51,821 nucleotides of DNA from Collinsella sp. (GCA_048438765.1 DBGAPG010000106.1:1-51821); one strand, 5' to 3'. Shown: positions 28,762-38,703, counted from the stretch's first letter. Made by a program: numbers and translations. Notes: generated by a model from the letters alone, not told the origin.

Positions 28762-30777
28762 CTACATCACCTCCGCGTGAGGGGTCAAACCATTTGCCTT
28801 GAGCACCTCATCGGGGAGCTCGGAATAGAAGTGCTCGGTGCCGGGCACGCGCTTGAAGACCGGACGGGTGTCCAGGCCAATGCGCGGATGGCTCGAGCGG
28901 GGTGCGAAGCGATCGCCCTTGGGGAAATCGCGCGGGCTCGGAACGGCGCCGGGCACCTGGTGCAGGCGGCCCGAACCGCTCTCGATGGACAGGACGGAAC
29001 CCAGAAGACCGCGAGTGTACTCGTGGATCGGGTTGGTGAGCAGCTCCTTGGTGGGCGCCTGCTCGATAACCTGACCGGCGTACATAACCGTGATGTTATG
29101 AGCGACCTCGGCGACCAGTGCCAGGTCGTGCGAAACGAAGATCATGGCAAAGCCGAGCTTGGCCTGAAGGTCGTTAAGCAGCTTGATGACCTGCTTCTGG
29201 ACGGTAACGTCCAGAGCGGTCGTGGGCTCGTCGCAGATGACCAGCTTGGGGTCGCGGGTAAGGGCCATAGCGATCAGAACGCGCTGACGCTGACCACCGG
29301 AAAGCTCATGCGGATAGCTCTCGAGCGTACGCTTGGGGTCGAGGCCCACGAGCTCCAGGAGCTCCTCGGCACTACGGGTGCCGCCACGCTTGGTGAGCTG
29401 CTTCATCTGGGCGGAAATGAGCATGGAGGGGTTGAGCGAGGACAGGGCGTCCTGATAGACCATGGCGATATCGGTACCGCGCAGGCCGAACCACTCCTTC
29501 TTGCTCATCTTGAGCAGGTCGCGGCCCTCCCAGAGAACCTCACCGGAAAGATGCTCGTCATCGTCGGTCAGGCCCATGATGGCCAGCGTGGTGATGGACT
29601 TACCGCAACCGGACTCGCCTACCAGGCCCATGGTCTGGCCGGGACGGACGTCAAAGTTGACGTGGTCGACGACGTTGATGTCACCGTGGTGCTCAAACTG
29701 GATGCAGAAATCGCGGACCGAAAGGATCGGCTCAACGGACTCATCGGGCACATGGCGGTCGTTACGCTTGAGTTCGACATCACGCAGAGCGCCAAGACGG
29801 GCGGACAGGGACTGAGCCTGCTCCTTGTAGGCGCGAACGGGGTCGGAGACCAGCAAGTCGGCCTCGCGGCGCTTGGAGGAGTCGGTCGGATCCAGGGCGG
29901 CGGAGGGAGCGGCAGCCATAGCGTCGGTAATGCCCTCGGACAGGATGTTGAGCGCCAGGCAGGTGATCATGATGGCCAGGCCCGGGAACAGCGCCTGCCA
30001 CCAACGGCCAGCGAGCACGCCGCCGCGAGCGTCGGCGAGGATGTTGCCCCAGGTAGCGGTGGGCTCCTGGATACCAGCGCCGATGAAGGTCAGCGAGGCC
30101 TCGAAGATGATGGCGTCGGCGACCAGGGTAACGGTGAAGACCATGATCGGGGCGATGCAGTTACGCAGAACATGCTTGATCAAAATCCACGGAGCCTTGG
30201 CGCCGGAAACGATGACCGCGCGGACATAGTCCTCGCCGTACTCGGACACGATGTTGGCGCGCACGATACGGGCAATCTGCGGAGTGTACATAAAGCCGAT
30301 GGCGAAGATGATCGACGGCACGGAGTTGCCCAGGATGGAGACGAAGACGGCAGCAAGGGCGATGCCCGGGATGGACATGATGATGTCCAGGATGCGCATG
30401 ATCGCCTCGGAAACGGACTTGCGCGAAACCGCCGCGAGGGCGCCCACGACCGAGCCGCAGACCAGAGCCATGGCAGTGGCGCCAAAGCCGATGATCAGCG
30501 AGTAACGGCCACCGTAGAGCATACGCGACAGAATGTCGCGACCCTTATCGTCGGTACCGAAGATAAATCCGTTGCCGGGAGCCTGGCGAGCAGTGAAAAT
30601 CTCGACCGGGCTATAGGGGGCGAGCAAGGGAGCAAGAATCGCGGTCAGGGCGACCAGCACCAGCACGACGGCGGCGATCTTAGAAGACAGCGTCATCTTC
30701 TTCCAGCCACCGAGCTTGAGCCCCTTGGAGGCAGCTTTCTCGAGCTGCTCGGTTTGCTTCTCTCGAATCTTTACCAT
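28762..30777 (-). CDS. Sialic-acid ABC transporter permease-ATPase fusion (NanD-like)
   Basis: N-terminal OppC-like permease (FGTDDKGRD) fused to an OppD-like ATPase (GESGCGKS, DEPTTALD), the architecture of bifidobacterial NanD. Confidence 0.87.
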   Translation of the reverse strand: MVKIREKQTEQLEKAASKGLKLGGWKKMTLSSKIAAVVLVLVALTAILAPLLAPYSPVEIFTARQAPGNGFIFGTDDKGRDILSRMLYGGRYSLIIGFGATAMALVCGSVVGALAAVSRKSVSEAIMRILDIIMSIPGIALAAVFVSILGNSVPSIIFAIGFMYTPQIARIVRANIVSEYGEDYVRAVIVSGAKAPWILIKHVLRNCIAPIMVFTVTLVADAIIFEASLTFIGAGIQEPTATWGNILADARGGVLAGRWWQALFPGLAIMITCLALNILSEGITDAMAAAPSAALDPTDSSKRREADLLVSDPVRAYKEQAQSLSARLGALRDVELKRNDRHVPDESVEPILSVRDFCIQFEHHGDINVVDHVNFDVRPGQTMGLVGESGCGKSITTLAIMGLTDDDEHLSGEVLWEGRDLLKMSKKEWFGLRGTDIAMVYQDALSSLNPSMLISAQMKQLTKRGGTRSAEELLELVGLDPKRTLESYPHELSGGQRQRVLIAMALTRDPKLVICDEPTTALDVTVQKQVIKLLNDLQAKLGFAMIFVSHDLALVAEVAHNITVMYAGQVIEQAPTKELLTNPIHEYTRGLLGSVLSIESGSGRLHQVPGAVPSPRDFPKGDRFAPRSSHPRIGLDTRPVFKRVPGTEHFYSELPDEVLKANGLTPHAEVM

Positions 30778-30780
30778 AAT

Positions 30781-31737
30781 CTACACCGTCCTGATGCGCG
30801 GGTTGATGAGCAGGTAGAGCATGTCAACCACGATGTTGATGATGATGAAGGCAAGAGCAACGACGATGACGACGCCCTGAACCAGGTTCGCCTCGTTGCC
30901 CTGAACGCCCTGCAGAATCGCAGTACCCATGCCGGGGAGGTTGAAGATGACCTCGATGACGACAGCACCGCCCATGAGGTAGCCGATCTTAAGACCGAGG
31001 GTGGTGACCGGGGTGATCAGCGCGTTGCGCAAGACGTTGATGCCGACGACGACCTTCTCGGGTACGCCGGCGCCGCGAGCCATACGGACATAGTCCTTAT
31101 CGAGCTCCTCGACCATGGCCGTACGCACGATACGAGTCATCTGGCCCGTCAGCGGGAATGCCAGAGCGATAGCGGGCATGATCATACGTCCCAGATAGCC
31201 AGCCGGGTTGGTGGTAAAGTGAGGCAGAGCACCGGACGCCGGGAGCACCTTAAGGTAGGAAGAGAACAGCAGAATCAACAGAACGGCAAGCCAGAACGAC
31301 GGGGTTGCCAAGCCGGCGATGGAGAAGACGCGGATCACTTGGTCCGGCCATTTATCGCGATACAGTGCCGCGATGACGCCGAGCAAAAACGAGACGACCG
31401 CGCCGATGGCAAGACCGATAAAGGTCAGCTGCATCGTGACGGGCAGGGCCGTGGAGATACGCTTGGCAACGGAGTTGCGAGCAGCACCATAGGTGCCCAT
31501 GTCACCATGGATCAGATCGCCCATATAGCGCACGTAGCGCACGGGCCAGGGGTCGTCCAGACCATACTTCTCATGGTACTCGGCAACCGCCTCGGGCGAG
31601 GCACCGTCACCCAACGCCGTATAGGCGGGGTCGGTCTTGGAGAACGACATAAGGAAGAACACCAGGACGGTGACGCCCAATGCCATGATCGGCAGCGCCA
31701 CGAGACGCCTTCCAATCAAACGTAGAAAGTTGTTCAC
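30781..31737 (-). CDS. Sialic-acid ABC transporter permease (NanC-like)
   Basis: OppB-like DYVRMARGAG, NVLRNAL, LINPRIR; GTG start after AAAGGGGAG. Confidence 0.87.
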   Translation of the reverse strand: MNNFLRLIGRRLVALPIMALGVTVLVFFLMSFSKTDPAYTALGDGASPEAVAEYHEKYGLDDPWPVRYVRYMGDLIHGDMGTYGAARNSVAKRISTALPVTMQLTFIGLAIGAVVSFLLGVIAALYRDKWPDQVIRVFSIAGLATPSFWLAVLLILLFSSYLKVLPASGALPHFTTNPAGYLGRMIMPAIALAFPLTGQMTRIVRTAMVEELDKDYVRMARGAGVPEKVVVGINVLRNALITPVTTLGLKIGYLMGGAVVIEVIFNLPGMGTAILQGVQGNEANLVQGVVIVVALAFIIINIVVDMLYLLINPRIRTV

Positions 31738-31796
31738 GTTCTCTCCCCTTTCTTTTGTCGGTAGGACCAACTGGTATATGAGTATGGATACTCATT

Positions 31797-31837
31797 ACAA
31801 GACCCGAGCGACATCGAGGCCGCCCGGGTCTTTGTTT
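31797..31837. terminator. Hairpin after the solute-binding protein gene
   Basis: AAGACCCG / CGGGTCTT stem. Confidence 0.55.
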
Positions 31838-31892
31838 CAACTATGAGGACGTTGCCTTACGACCGACGCCCCACATATGACTCAAGCGAGTC

Positions 31893-33506
31893 TTAGGCCT
31901 TGACGGTCGCGACGCCCCTGAAGGACATGCTCGTCGTGCCGATGCCCTTGAAGCCATCGAGGGCCTCGCCGTTGGGCGCGGTGGACGGATCGTCCCAGGA
32001 AGCGGAGACAGTCTTGACGTGGACAACGGGGTACAGAACAGCGTTGTCGGCGATGATGTCGAAGCACTCGTTCCACTTCTTCTGCTGCTCGTCGCCCTCA
32101 GCGGCAAGAGCCTCGTCCATGAGACCGTGGAGCTTCTCCCACTCAGCGGACTCCTTCCACGGGCAACGGGTCTGCATCCAGACGTTGTCGCCGTACCACC
32201 AGTTGAGCAGCAGGTCGGGGTCAGCGCCGAAGCAGGACGGATCGCCAGGGGCAAGGAGGATATCGTAGGCCTCGCCGCCGTCGATGGCAGCGTAGGTGGC
32301 CGGCGAGGTATCGGTCTGGATGGTCACCTCGAAGCCGAGAGCGTCGAGGTCGTTCTTGACCTGGGCGGCCATGCCCTTAATCTGCTCGTTGTCGGTGGTG
32401 CGCAGGGTGATGGCACCCGGGGTGATGCCGGACTCCTCGATGAGCTTCTTGGCCTTCTTGGCGTCGGTCTTGTACACCGTGGAAGCCTCATGATAGTTGG
32501 TGAAGCTCTTGGGCAGGTAGCAGCTGGCAGCGGTGGCAAGGCCGGCGAAGGTGTTGGTGATCATCTTCTCGGTGTCGAGCGCGTACATGACGGCCTGACG
32601 GACCTTGACGTTGTTCCAAGGCTCCTTGGCGACGTTGAACATGATGAAGCGGGTGCCGAAGCCCTGGACGTTGTCGATCTTGCAGCCAGCGCTCTCGAGC
32701 TGGTCGACGGCGTCAGCGGTGACGAGCTCCATAACGAGCGTGGAGCCTTCCTGCTGGGCGGTAACGCGAGCGGTGGGGTCGGTCAGGATGCTGTACTGGA
32801 TCTTCTTATCCTCGGCAGCATACTCACCGTTGTACTCGGGGTTGGGAACCAGGGTGATCTCGGTATCGGAGATAGAGTCGTACATCCAGGGGCCGGAACC
32901 GATCGGCTGCTTGGCGCGATCCTCCTCGGACTGGGTAGCCGGGGTAACGCGGATGATGGCCAGACGATCCTTGAGCAGGGAGAAGTTGGGGACCTTGGTC
33001 TTGACCGTTACAGTGCTGGCGTCCTTGGCCTCGATGGACTCGAAGGGCTGGAAGAACGGAGCATAGGTAGCGGAAGCAGCGCAAGCGGTGTAGGAAGCGA
33101 CGACGTCGTCAGCGGTGACCTCGGTGCCATCGGAGAACTTGGCGCCCTTGCGGATGGTGACCTCGAAGGTGGTGTCGTCCACGGACTTGGGATCGTCGGT
33201 GGCGAGCTCGTTGAAGGTGCTGTAGTCGTGGTAATCGATGCCGTAAAGACCCTCGACGACGTGCCAGTTAGCGCCCAGGCCCACAGCGGAGCCGGTGCTG
33301 GCGGGGTCGAAGCTGGACGGAGCGTAAGCGGAACCAGCGGTGATCACGCCGCCGCCACGGTTGGCGGAATCGGTGGAACCGGAAGCGGAACCCTCGTCGC
33401 TGGAGTTGCCACCGCAGCCGGTGAGACCAAGCCCTGCGACAGCAGCGACGCTGCCGGTGAGGCCGAGGAACGAACGCCTGGACATACCCTTGTTGATGAT
33501 GGCCAT
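31893..33506 (-). CDS. Family-5 solute-binding lipoprotein, probable sialic-acid binding (bifidobacterial NanB-like)
   Basis: SRRSFLG Tat motif, LTGC lipobox, ANWHVVEGLY, APGDPSCFGADPDLLLNWWYG; first gene of the nan operon. Confidence 0.85.
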   Translation of the reverse strand: MAIINKGMSRRSFLGLTGSVAAVAGLGLTGCGGNSSDEGSASGSTDSANRGGGVITAGSAYAPSSFDPASTGSAVGLGANWHVVEGLYGIDYHDYSTFNELATDDPKSVDDTTFEVTIRKGAKFSDGTEVTADDVVASYTACAASATYAPFFQPFESIEAKDASTVTVKTKVPNFSLLKDRLAIIRVTPATQSEEDRAKQPIGSGPWMYDSISDTEITLVPNPEYNGEYAAEDKKIQYSILTDPTARVTAQQEGSTLVMELVTADAVDQLESAGCKIDNVQGFGTRFIMFNVAKEPWNNVKVRQAVMYALDTEKMITNTFAGLATAASCYLPKSFTNYHEASTVYKTDAKKAKKLIEESGITPGAITLRTTDNEQIKGMAAQVKNDLDALGFEVTIQTDTSPATYAAIDGGEAYDILLAPGDPSCFGADPDLLLNWWYGDNVWMQTRCPWKESAEWEKLHGLMDEALAAEGDEQQKKWNECFDIIADNAVLYPVVHVKTVSASWDDPSTAPNGEALDGFKGIGTTSMSFRGVATVKA

Positions 33507-33871
33507 GTCTTCTCCTATCAATAGAGAATCTTACCCGGGGGCACCTAGACTTGCCCCCGCGCAACTTGCGGACGATATATACCTTACCTACCGACGAACC
33601 CAACTGAGGTGCCGCGCTCGGTGACCGATACATACATACGCTTGAACGGTATTTACTACCGTTCACCGAATTCATTGACAAACGATTCGCCAGACAGTAT
33701 GTATCGACGAGGTGAGATATCAGTCTTCGTCAACCCGCAGGATAGCAGGGTTATTCACCATGGCTAGTCAAACGTTTTAGCGTTAATTAAACCCGAAATC
33801 AGTAGGTAATCGCCGCGAAATAAATGATTGAAAATCGGCAAATCATGTATACCAGTTGTTTAGAAGCGCGT

Positions 33872-35818
33872 TTAGTTTTCGGAACGGCTGGCCGATGCCT
33901 GGGCGCGCTCGGCATTCCATACGACAAGTGCCTCGTGGACCGCTTTGGCGACATCGGCCGGAACGCCTCGAACTTCCGCAATCTCCTGCTCGCTTGCCGC
34001 GCGCAAGCGCTTCATCGAGCCAAAATGGCGCATAATGGCACGTTTTCTGGTGGGTCCCACGCCCGGAACGTCGTCAAGCACCGAAACCGTCATAGCCTTA
34101 TCGCGCAACTCGCGGTGGAACGTAATCGCAAATCGGTGGGATTCATCGCGGACCTGCTTGATCAGATAAAGCGAAGCGGAGCCGGTCGGCAGCACGACGG
34201 GAGTCTCGTCCCACGGCACGAAAACCTCCTCATCGGCCTTTGCCAAGCCACAAACTGGTATATCGAGGCCAAGCGCCTCAAGTTGCTTAATTGCAGCGGT
34301 CAATTGCGGCTTGCCGCCATCGACAACGAGCAAATCGGGGCGTGAGCCAAAGCGCTCGTCCGCCATGCGCTCGGGAGCATAGCGACGCCCCAGAACCTCG
34401 GACATCGATACGAAGTCGTTCGCCTCGTCCAATTCGGCCTGAATTTTAAAGCGACGATACTGGCTCTTGTCGGCGCGTCCGTTGGTAAATACCACCATCG
34501 AAGCGACGGTAAAGGTACCATGCAACGTCGAGATATCGAAGCACTCGATGCGCAACGGCGGCGCAGGCAGCGCCAGCGCACTTTCGAGCTCCAGGAGCGC
34601 CCGATTGGTGCGATCGTCAGCATACCCCGTGCGCATCATGTAGCGCATGAGGGCATGGCGCGCATTTTTGGAAGCCATATCGAGCAGACGGTGCTTTTCG
34701 CCGCGCTGCGGCCTATGGAGATGGCAAGAGCGTTCGCGCTTGCCCGCAAGCCACTCCCCCAACGCTTCGGCGTCCTCAAGCTCGACAGAGAGATTGATCT
34801 CGGCTGGAATATCAGCCGTCTCGTCGTAATAGCGCTTAAGAAAGCCCGATTGAAGCTCTTCCTCGTCGACATCCAGGCCTTTATCGAGGATGAACTCACA
34901 AGTTCGAACCGTTCGGCCCTCGCGAACGACAAAGACACAGGCGGCAGAGATAGTCTCTTCGCGATAGAAGCCGATGACGTCGATATCGACGCTCGATGGA
35001 AAAACGACCTGTTGGCGATCGTCCAGGCCCCTAATGACTTCCAGACGACGCTTGACGCGAGCCGCACGCTCAAAATCGAGTGCCTCGGCTGCCTCCGTCA
35101 TCTCGGACGTAAGCTCGTCGACGACATCCTTGCGATGGCCCGACAAGAAACGTTCGACACGCTTGACGTTCTTGGCATAGTCGGCAGGGGAAATCGCGCC
35201 GACGCATGAGCCCGGCCCGCGCCCGACATGGTAGTCAAAGCAAGGACGCCCGTTTTGCGCGCAAATCATATTAACGATGTCTTCTTCGCCCTTATGAGAT
35301 TCGACGATGCGTCGGCAGCGGCGCCATTCCGCACAGGATGCCGAGCAAATAGGAATAACCTTGCGTAGCGTATCGATGGTCTCACGCGCCGCACGGCTAT
35401 CGGTATAGGGGCCAAAATAGCGCGTTCCCGGTTTATGACGCTCTCGCGTGTATTTAATAGCCGGAAACAAGTCGCTCTTGGTAATGGCGATAAAGGGATA
35501 GCTTTTATCGTCTTTGAGATCGACGTTAAAGTACGGATGGTACTGGCCAATCAGATTGCGCTCGAGCACCAATGCCTCGTGCTCGGTCTCCACCACGATA
35601 TAGTCGAAGCTCGCCACCAGCTGCATCATGAGCGGAATCTTTTGACGCTCGTCCTGCAGCGTCACGTATTGACGCATACGGGCACGCAAGTTTTTCGCCT
35701 TACCCACATAGATGACATCGCCCTTGGCATCTTTCCAAAGGTAGCAGCCGGGTTGCGTGGGAACGCGCGAAACCTGCTCGGCAAGTGTTGGAATGTTGTC
35801 GTGACCTGCCACGCGCAC
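33872..35818 (-). CDS. uvrC: Excinuclease ABC subunit C
   Basis: PGCY..YVGKAKNLR GIY-YIG, RIECFDIS, VDGGKPQL, VRDESHRFA, HhH tail. Confidence 0.96.
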   Translation of the reverse strand: MRVAGHDNIPTLAEQVSRVPTQPGCYLWKDAKGDVIYVGKAKNLRARMRQYVTLQDERQKIPLMMQLVASFDYIVVETEHEALVLERNLIGQYHPYFNVDLKDDKSYPFIAITKSDLFPAIKYTRERHKPGTRYFGPYTDSRAARETIDTLRKVIPICSASCAEWRRCRRIVESHKGEEDIVNMICAQNGRPCFDYHVGRGPGSCVGAISPADYAKNVKRVERFLSGHRKDVVDELTSEMTEAAEALDFERAARVKRRLEVIRGLDDRQQVVFPSSVDIDVIGFYREETISAACVFVVREGRTVRTCEFILDKGLDVDEEELQSGFLKRYYDETADIPAEINLSVELEDAEALGEWLAGKRERSCHLHRPQRGEKHRLLDMASKNARHALMRYMMRTGYADDRTNRALLELESALALPAPPLRIECFDISTLHGTFTVASMVVFTNGRADKSQYRRFKIQAELDEANDFVSMSEVLGRRYAPERMADERFGSRPDLLVVDGGKPQLTAAIKQLEALGLDIPVCGLAKADEEVFVPWDETPVVLPTGSASLYLIKQVRDESHRFAITFHRELRDKAMTVSVLDDVPGVGPTRKRAIMRHFGSMKRLRAASEQEIAEVRGVPADVAKAVHEALVVWNAERAQASASRSEN

Positions 35819-38122
35819 CTACTTGCGACGAAGCAGCGCCGAGACCTCGGGCATCTTAAAGACGAAGGCAAGACCAAAAGTTACAGCGAGCGAGACAACG
35901 CCTGCAACACAAACGTAGCCCAGGGTAATGAGGATCGAGCTGCCAAGCACTCCGACAAAGTGCTCGAGTGCCCACATGACGCCGGCGCCCGCGGCAGCGC
36001 CCAAGCCACCGAACAATAGTCCGAAGAAACCGCCGTGCAGGATAGACTTGACCTGAAGGCCATGCAGACGACGGCGCAGCCACCACAGTGAGCATCCGAC
36101 CAAGACCACGTAGTCAACGACGTACGAAAGCGCAATAGCCGGCATACCGTAGCCCAGCACCACGCCAAACAGCAGCACCGAACCGGCCTGACCGATAGCG
36201 GAGTACAGGCAATAGCGGCTATAAGGTTTCATATCGAGCAGGGCCGAGAAGCTCTTCTGCATCAGCACGACCACGCCGTAGAGCGGCAGGGAAAGTGCCA
36301 GATAGATAAGAAACTCCGACACCAGCGCCACACCGGATTCATCGAACTTGCCGGCGCAGTAGATCATGTTGAGCGGACGGGCGAAGACGATCAGATACAT
36401 CGCAAACGGAATCAGGAAGAAGAGCATCTGGGCGACACCGCGCGAAATGCCCGTGCGGACGCTGTCGTAATCCTTCTCCTGCGCATCGTGAGAGAGTTCG
36501 GTATAGAGTGCCGTCGAAAGCGAGGCGGCGATCAGCGCATAGGGCAATGTGTACCACAGGCGCGCATATGCGATAACGGAAGGGCCGGTCTCGGGCTGCA
36601 CCACAAGCGCGGCGGCATTAGTAATAGAGGTCGAGACAAACATGCACACCGTGGCGAGCAGCGTCGGGATACCAAGCGCGATCGTCTGTCGCAGTGCGGG
36701 GTCCTTAAAGTCGATATGGATATGAGGATGCACGCCATGCTTGCCAAGCGCGGGAATCTGGCAGGCCATCTGGACAAAGACGCCGAGGGTCGTACCAGCT
36801 GCGATCAAGATAATACCGGCCTGCCCGCCAAATTGTGCAGACACGGGAGCAAAACCCATAAAGCTGGCGATGACGATGACATTGTTGAGAACCGGGGCAA
36901 ACGTCGACCAGAAGTAGTCGCGGTGTGCGTTGAGAACGCCCGAGAACACCGAACCCAAGCCATAAAACACAATTTGGATAGCAAAGAAGCGGAACATGAA
37001 CGCAGCGATATCCATGCTGCCGCCATCGCCCGAAAGGAACGACTGCGTCCAAATAAAGCCGGGAGCAAACACGGTGCCCAGCAGCGAGATACCGCCCAGC
37101 AGCAGAAGCAGAATACCGAGCAGGTTGCCGACATACTCGTTCGATGCCTCACGGCCCTGCTCGCGCCTCACGCCCATATACACCGGCAAAAACGCCGTAA
37201 CGAGCATGCCGCCCATCACGAGCTCGTAGAGCATGTTGGGCAGGTTGTTGGCAACCTGATAGGAGGACGAGAGCAGCGACATGCCGATGGCGGCCGCCAT
37301 GGCCCACGTGCGGATAAACCCGGTGACGCGCGACACGATGGTCAGCACGGTCATAAGGCCAGCAGAACGACCAACCGTGGAGTAGTCCGACGAACCCATA
37401 TCGTCTACGTCGTCCTGAGAGTCCTCATGAACCTCATCTTGTGGCAGTAAATCGTCCGCGACGGCAAAGGAGCCGGTCATCGCAAAGGGGTCGTCAACCA
37501 AAACGGCGTCATCGGCAGGTGCGACGTCATCGCTGTTCGGCATGTTGTTTCCGGATACGGCATCATCATCGAATATGGCATGGTCGCCAAACACCGTGTC
37601 AACTTCTTTGGCGGCGACGGTTCGGGCAGAAAACGACAGAGGGTCCCAATCGTCATCACCGTCGATGGCCACGCCCTCGACGGGATCGGTCGAACCAAGC
37701 GGCGACCATTCGTCATCCGAAAGAAGCGGTTCGCCATCATCATGAGCCGCGGGCTTGGCGGAACGAGCGGCAGGAGCGCTCTGCGGCGTGCTCTTTCCCT
37801 GGGCTGCCATCAAAAATACCGCCGTCTCATCGGGACGCGGCGCACGAGGAGCCTCGGAGGCGATCGGCTTCACGCTGGCGCTCGATTGAGCGGCGGCCAA
37901 AAAGACAGCCGTCTCATCGGGACGAGCCGAAGAAAGAACCGTACGGGGAAGCGCCGTGCCGGCACCGGCGGCACGCAAGTACACGGCCGTCTCGCCCGGG
38001 TCAGCGGCAGCGGACCAAGCGTTTCGAATCTCGTTATCGAACGAAGTGGCCTCGGGCGCGGGCGCCTGAGGAGCCGACCCTTTTGCAAAGTGAGCTCCGC
38101 GCTTTGATTCTTCCTGCGGCAT
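35819..38122 (-). CDS. murJ: Lipid II flippase MurJ (MviN) with a long disordered N-terminal extension
   Basis: SRVTGFIR, YQVANNLPNMLYELVMGG, AFLPVY, GVLNA, APVLNN from about residue 250; ~245-aa acidic low-complexity N-terminus. Confidence 0.9.
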   Translation of the reverse strand: MPQEESKRGAHFAKGSAPQAPAPEATSFDNEIRNAWSAAADPGETAVYLRAAGAGTALPRTVLSSARPDETAVFLAAAQSSASVKPIASEAPRAPRPDETAVFLMAAQGKSTPQSAPAARSAKPAAHDDGEPLLSDDEWSPLGSTDPVEGVAIDGDDDWDPLSFSARTVAAKEVDTVFGDHAIFDDDAVSGNNMPNSDDVAPADDAVLVDDPFAMTGSFAVADDLLPQDEVHEDSQDDVDDMGSSDYSTVGRSAGLMTVLTIVSRVTGFIRTWAMAAAIGMSLLSSSYQVANNLPNMLYELVMGGMLVTAFLPVYMGVRREQGREASNEYVGNLLGILLLLLGGISLLGTVFAPGFIWTQSFLSGDGGSMDIAAFMFRFFAIQIVFYGLGSVFSGVLNAHRDYFWSTFAPVLNNVIVIASFMGFAPVSAQFGGQAGIILIAAGTTLGVFVQMACQIPALGKHGVHPHIHIDFKDPALRQTIALGIPTLLATVCMFVSTSITNAAALVVQPETGPSVIAYARLWYTLPYALIAASLSTALYTELSHDAQEKDYDSVRTGISRGVAQMLFFLIPFAMYLIVFARPLNMIYCAGKFDESGVALVSEFLIYLALSLPLYGVVVLMQKSFSALLDMKPYSRYCLYSAIGQAGSVLLFGVVLGYGMPAIALSYVVDYVVLVGCSLWWLRRRLHGLQVKSILHGGFFGLLFGGLGAAAGAGVMWALEHFVGVLGSSILITLGYVCVAGVVSLAVTFGLAFVFKMPEVSALLRRK
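37821..37993 (-). repeat. Intragenic repeats encoding (D/G)ETAV(F/Y)L three times
   Basis: GCCGTCTCATCGGGACG at 37821-37837 and 37908-37924; partial GCCGTCTC at 37986-37993. Confidence 0.8.
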
Positions 38123-38125
38123 CGC

Positions 38126-38626
38126 TCAGTCCTCTCTCGTGATCGGGGCAACCGTCGCCCCGCAAAATGCAACTAAGTCATCGGGAGCAAGCTCAAGCTG
38201 ATAGCCGCGCTTGCCACCCGAGATAAAAATGGTATCCCAAAGGACGCATGTCTCATCGATCAGCGTCCGGAAGCGCTTTTTCATACCGACCGGGCTGCAA
38301 CCGCCGCGGACATACCCCGTCGCGGCAAGCAAATCTTTGACATGCATCATGGTCAGCGACTTTTCGCCTGCGGCGCGCGCGGCGGCCTTGAGGTCGAGCT
38401 CGTCGGCAACAGGAATGCAGCACACGACATGGTCGTTGGACGGCGTCGTGCAGACCAGGGTCTTAAATCCCTGACCGGGCTCCTCGCCAAGCTGCTCGGA
38501 AATCGCGACGCCCAGACCTGACGATTCATCGCCATCGTCTTCGTACGTATGGAGAACATAGGAGATGCCGGCGCTTTCTAGCTCGCGCATCGCATTGGTT
38601 TTTGGCGTCTTAACAGCCTTTGCCAT
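38126..38626 (-). CDS. ybaK: Cys-tRNA(Pro) deacylase YbaK/EbsC
   Basis: KTNAMRELE, FKTLV, TGYVRGGCSPVGMK, ISGGKRG. Confidence 0.93.
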   Translation of the reverse strand: MAKAVKTPKTNAMRELESAGISYVLHTYEDDGDESSGLGVAISEQLGEEPGQGFKTLVCTTPSNDHVVCCIPVADELDLKAAARAAGEKSLTMMHVKDLLAATGYVRGGCSPVGMKKRFRTLIDETCVLWDTIFISGGKRGYQLELAPDDLVAFCGATVAPITRED

Positions 38627-38703
38627 GGCACATCCTTTCCCTCGCAGAGCGACGCAGGGATTAAGTATAGGGCCAATTCCGTCGCATATGCCATCTCGAC
38701 ACA

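Noticed and set aside
27847..31725. 1292-aa plus-strand ORF
   Set aside because: Antisense shadow. The three ABC genes opposite it share one frame (gaps of 0 and 3 bp), and high-GC codon bias removes stops. No recognisable motifs.
27934..33506. Second peptide/nickel transporter
   Set aside because: It has the Opp-family fold, but the operon context and permease-ATPase fusion match sialic-acid NanBCDF-type systems. The substrate is still unproven.
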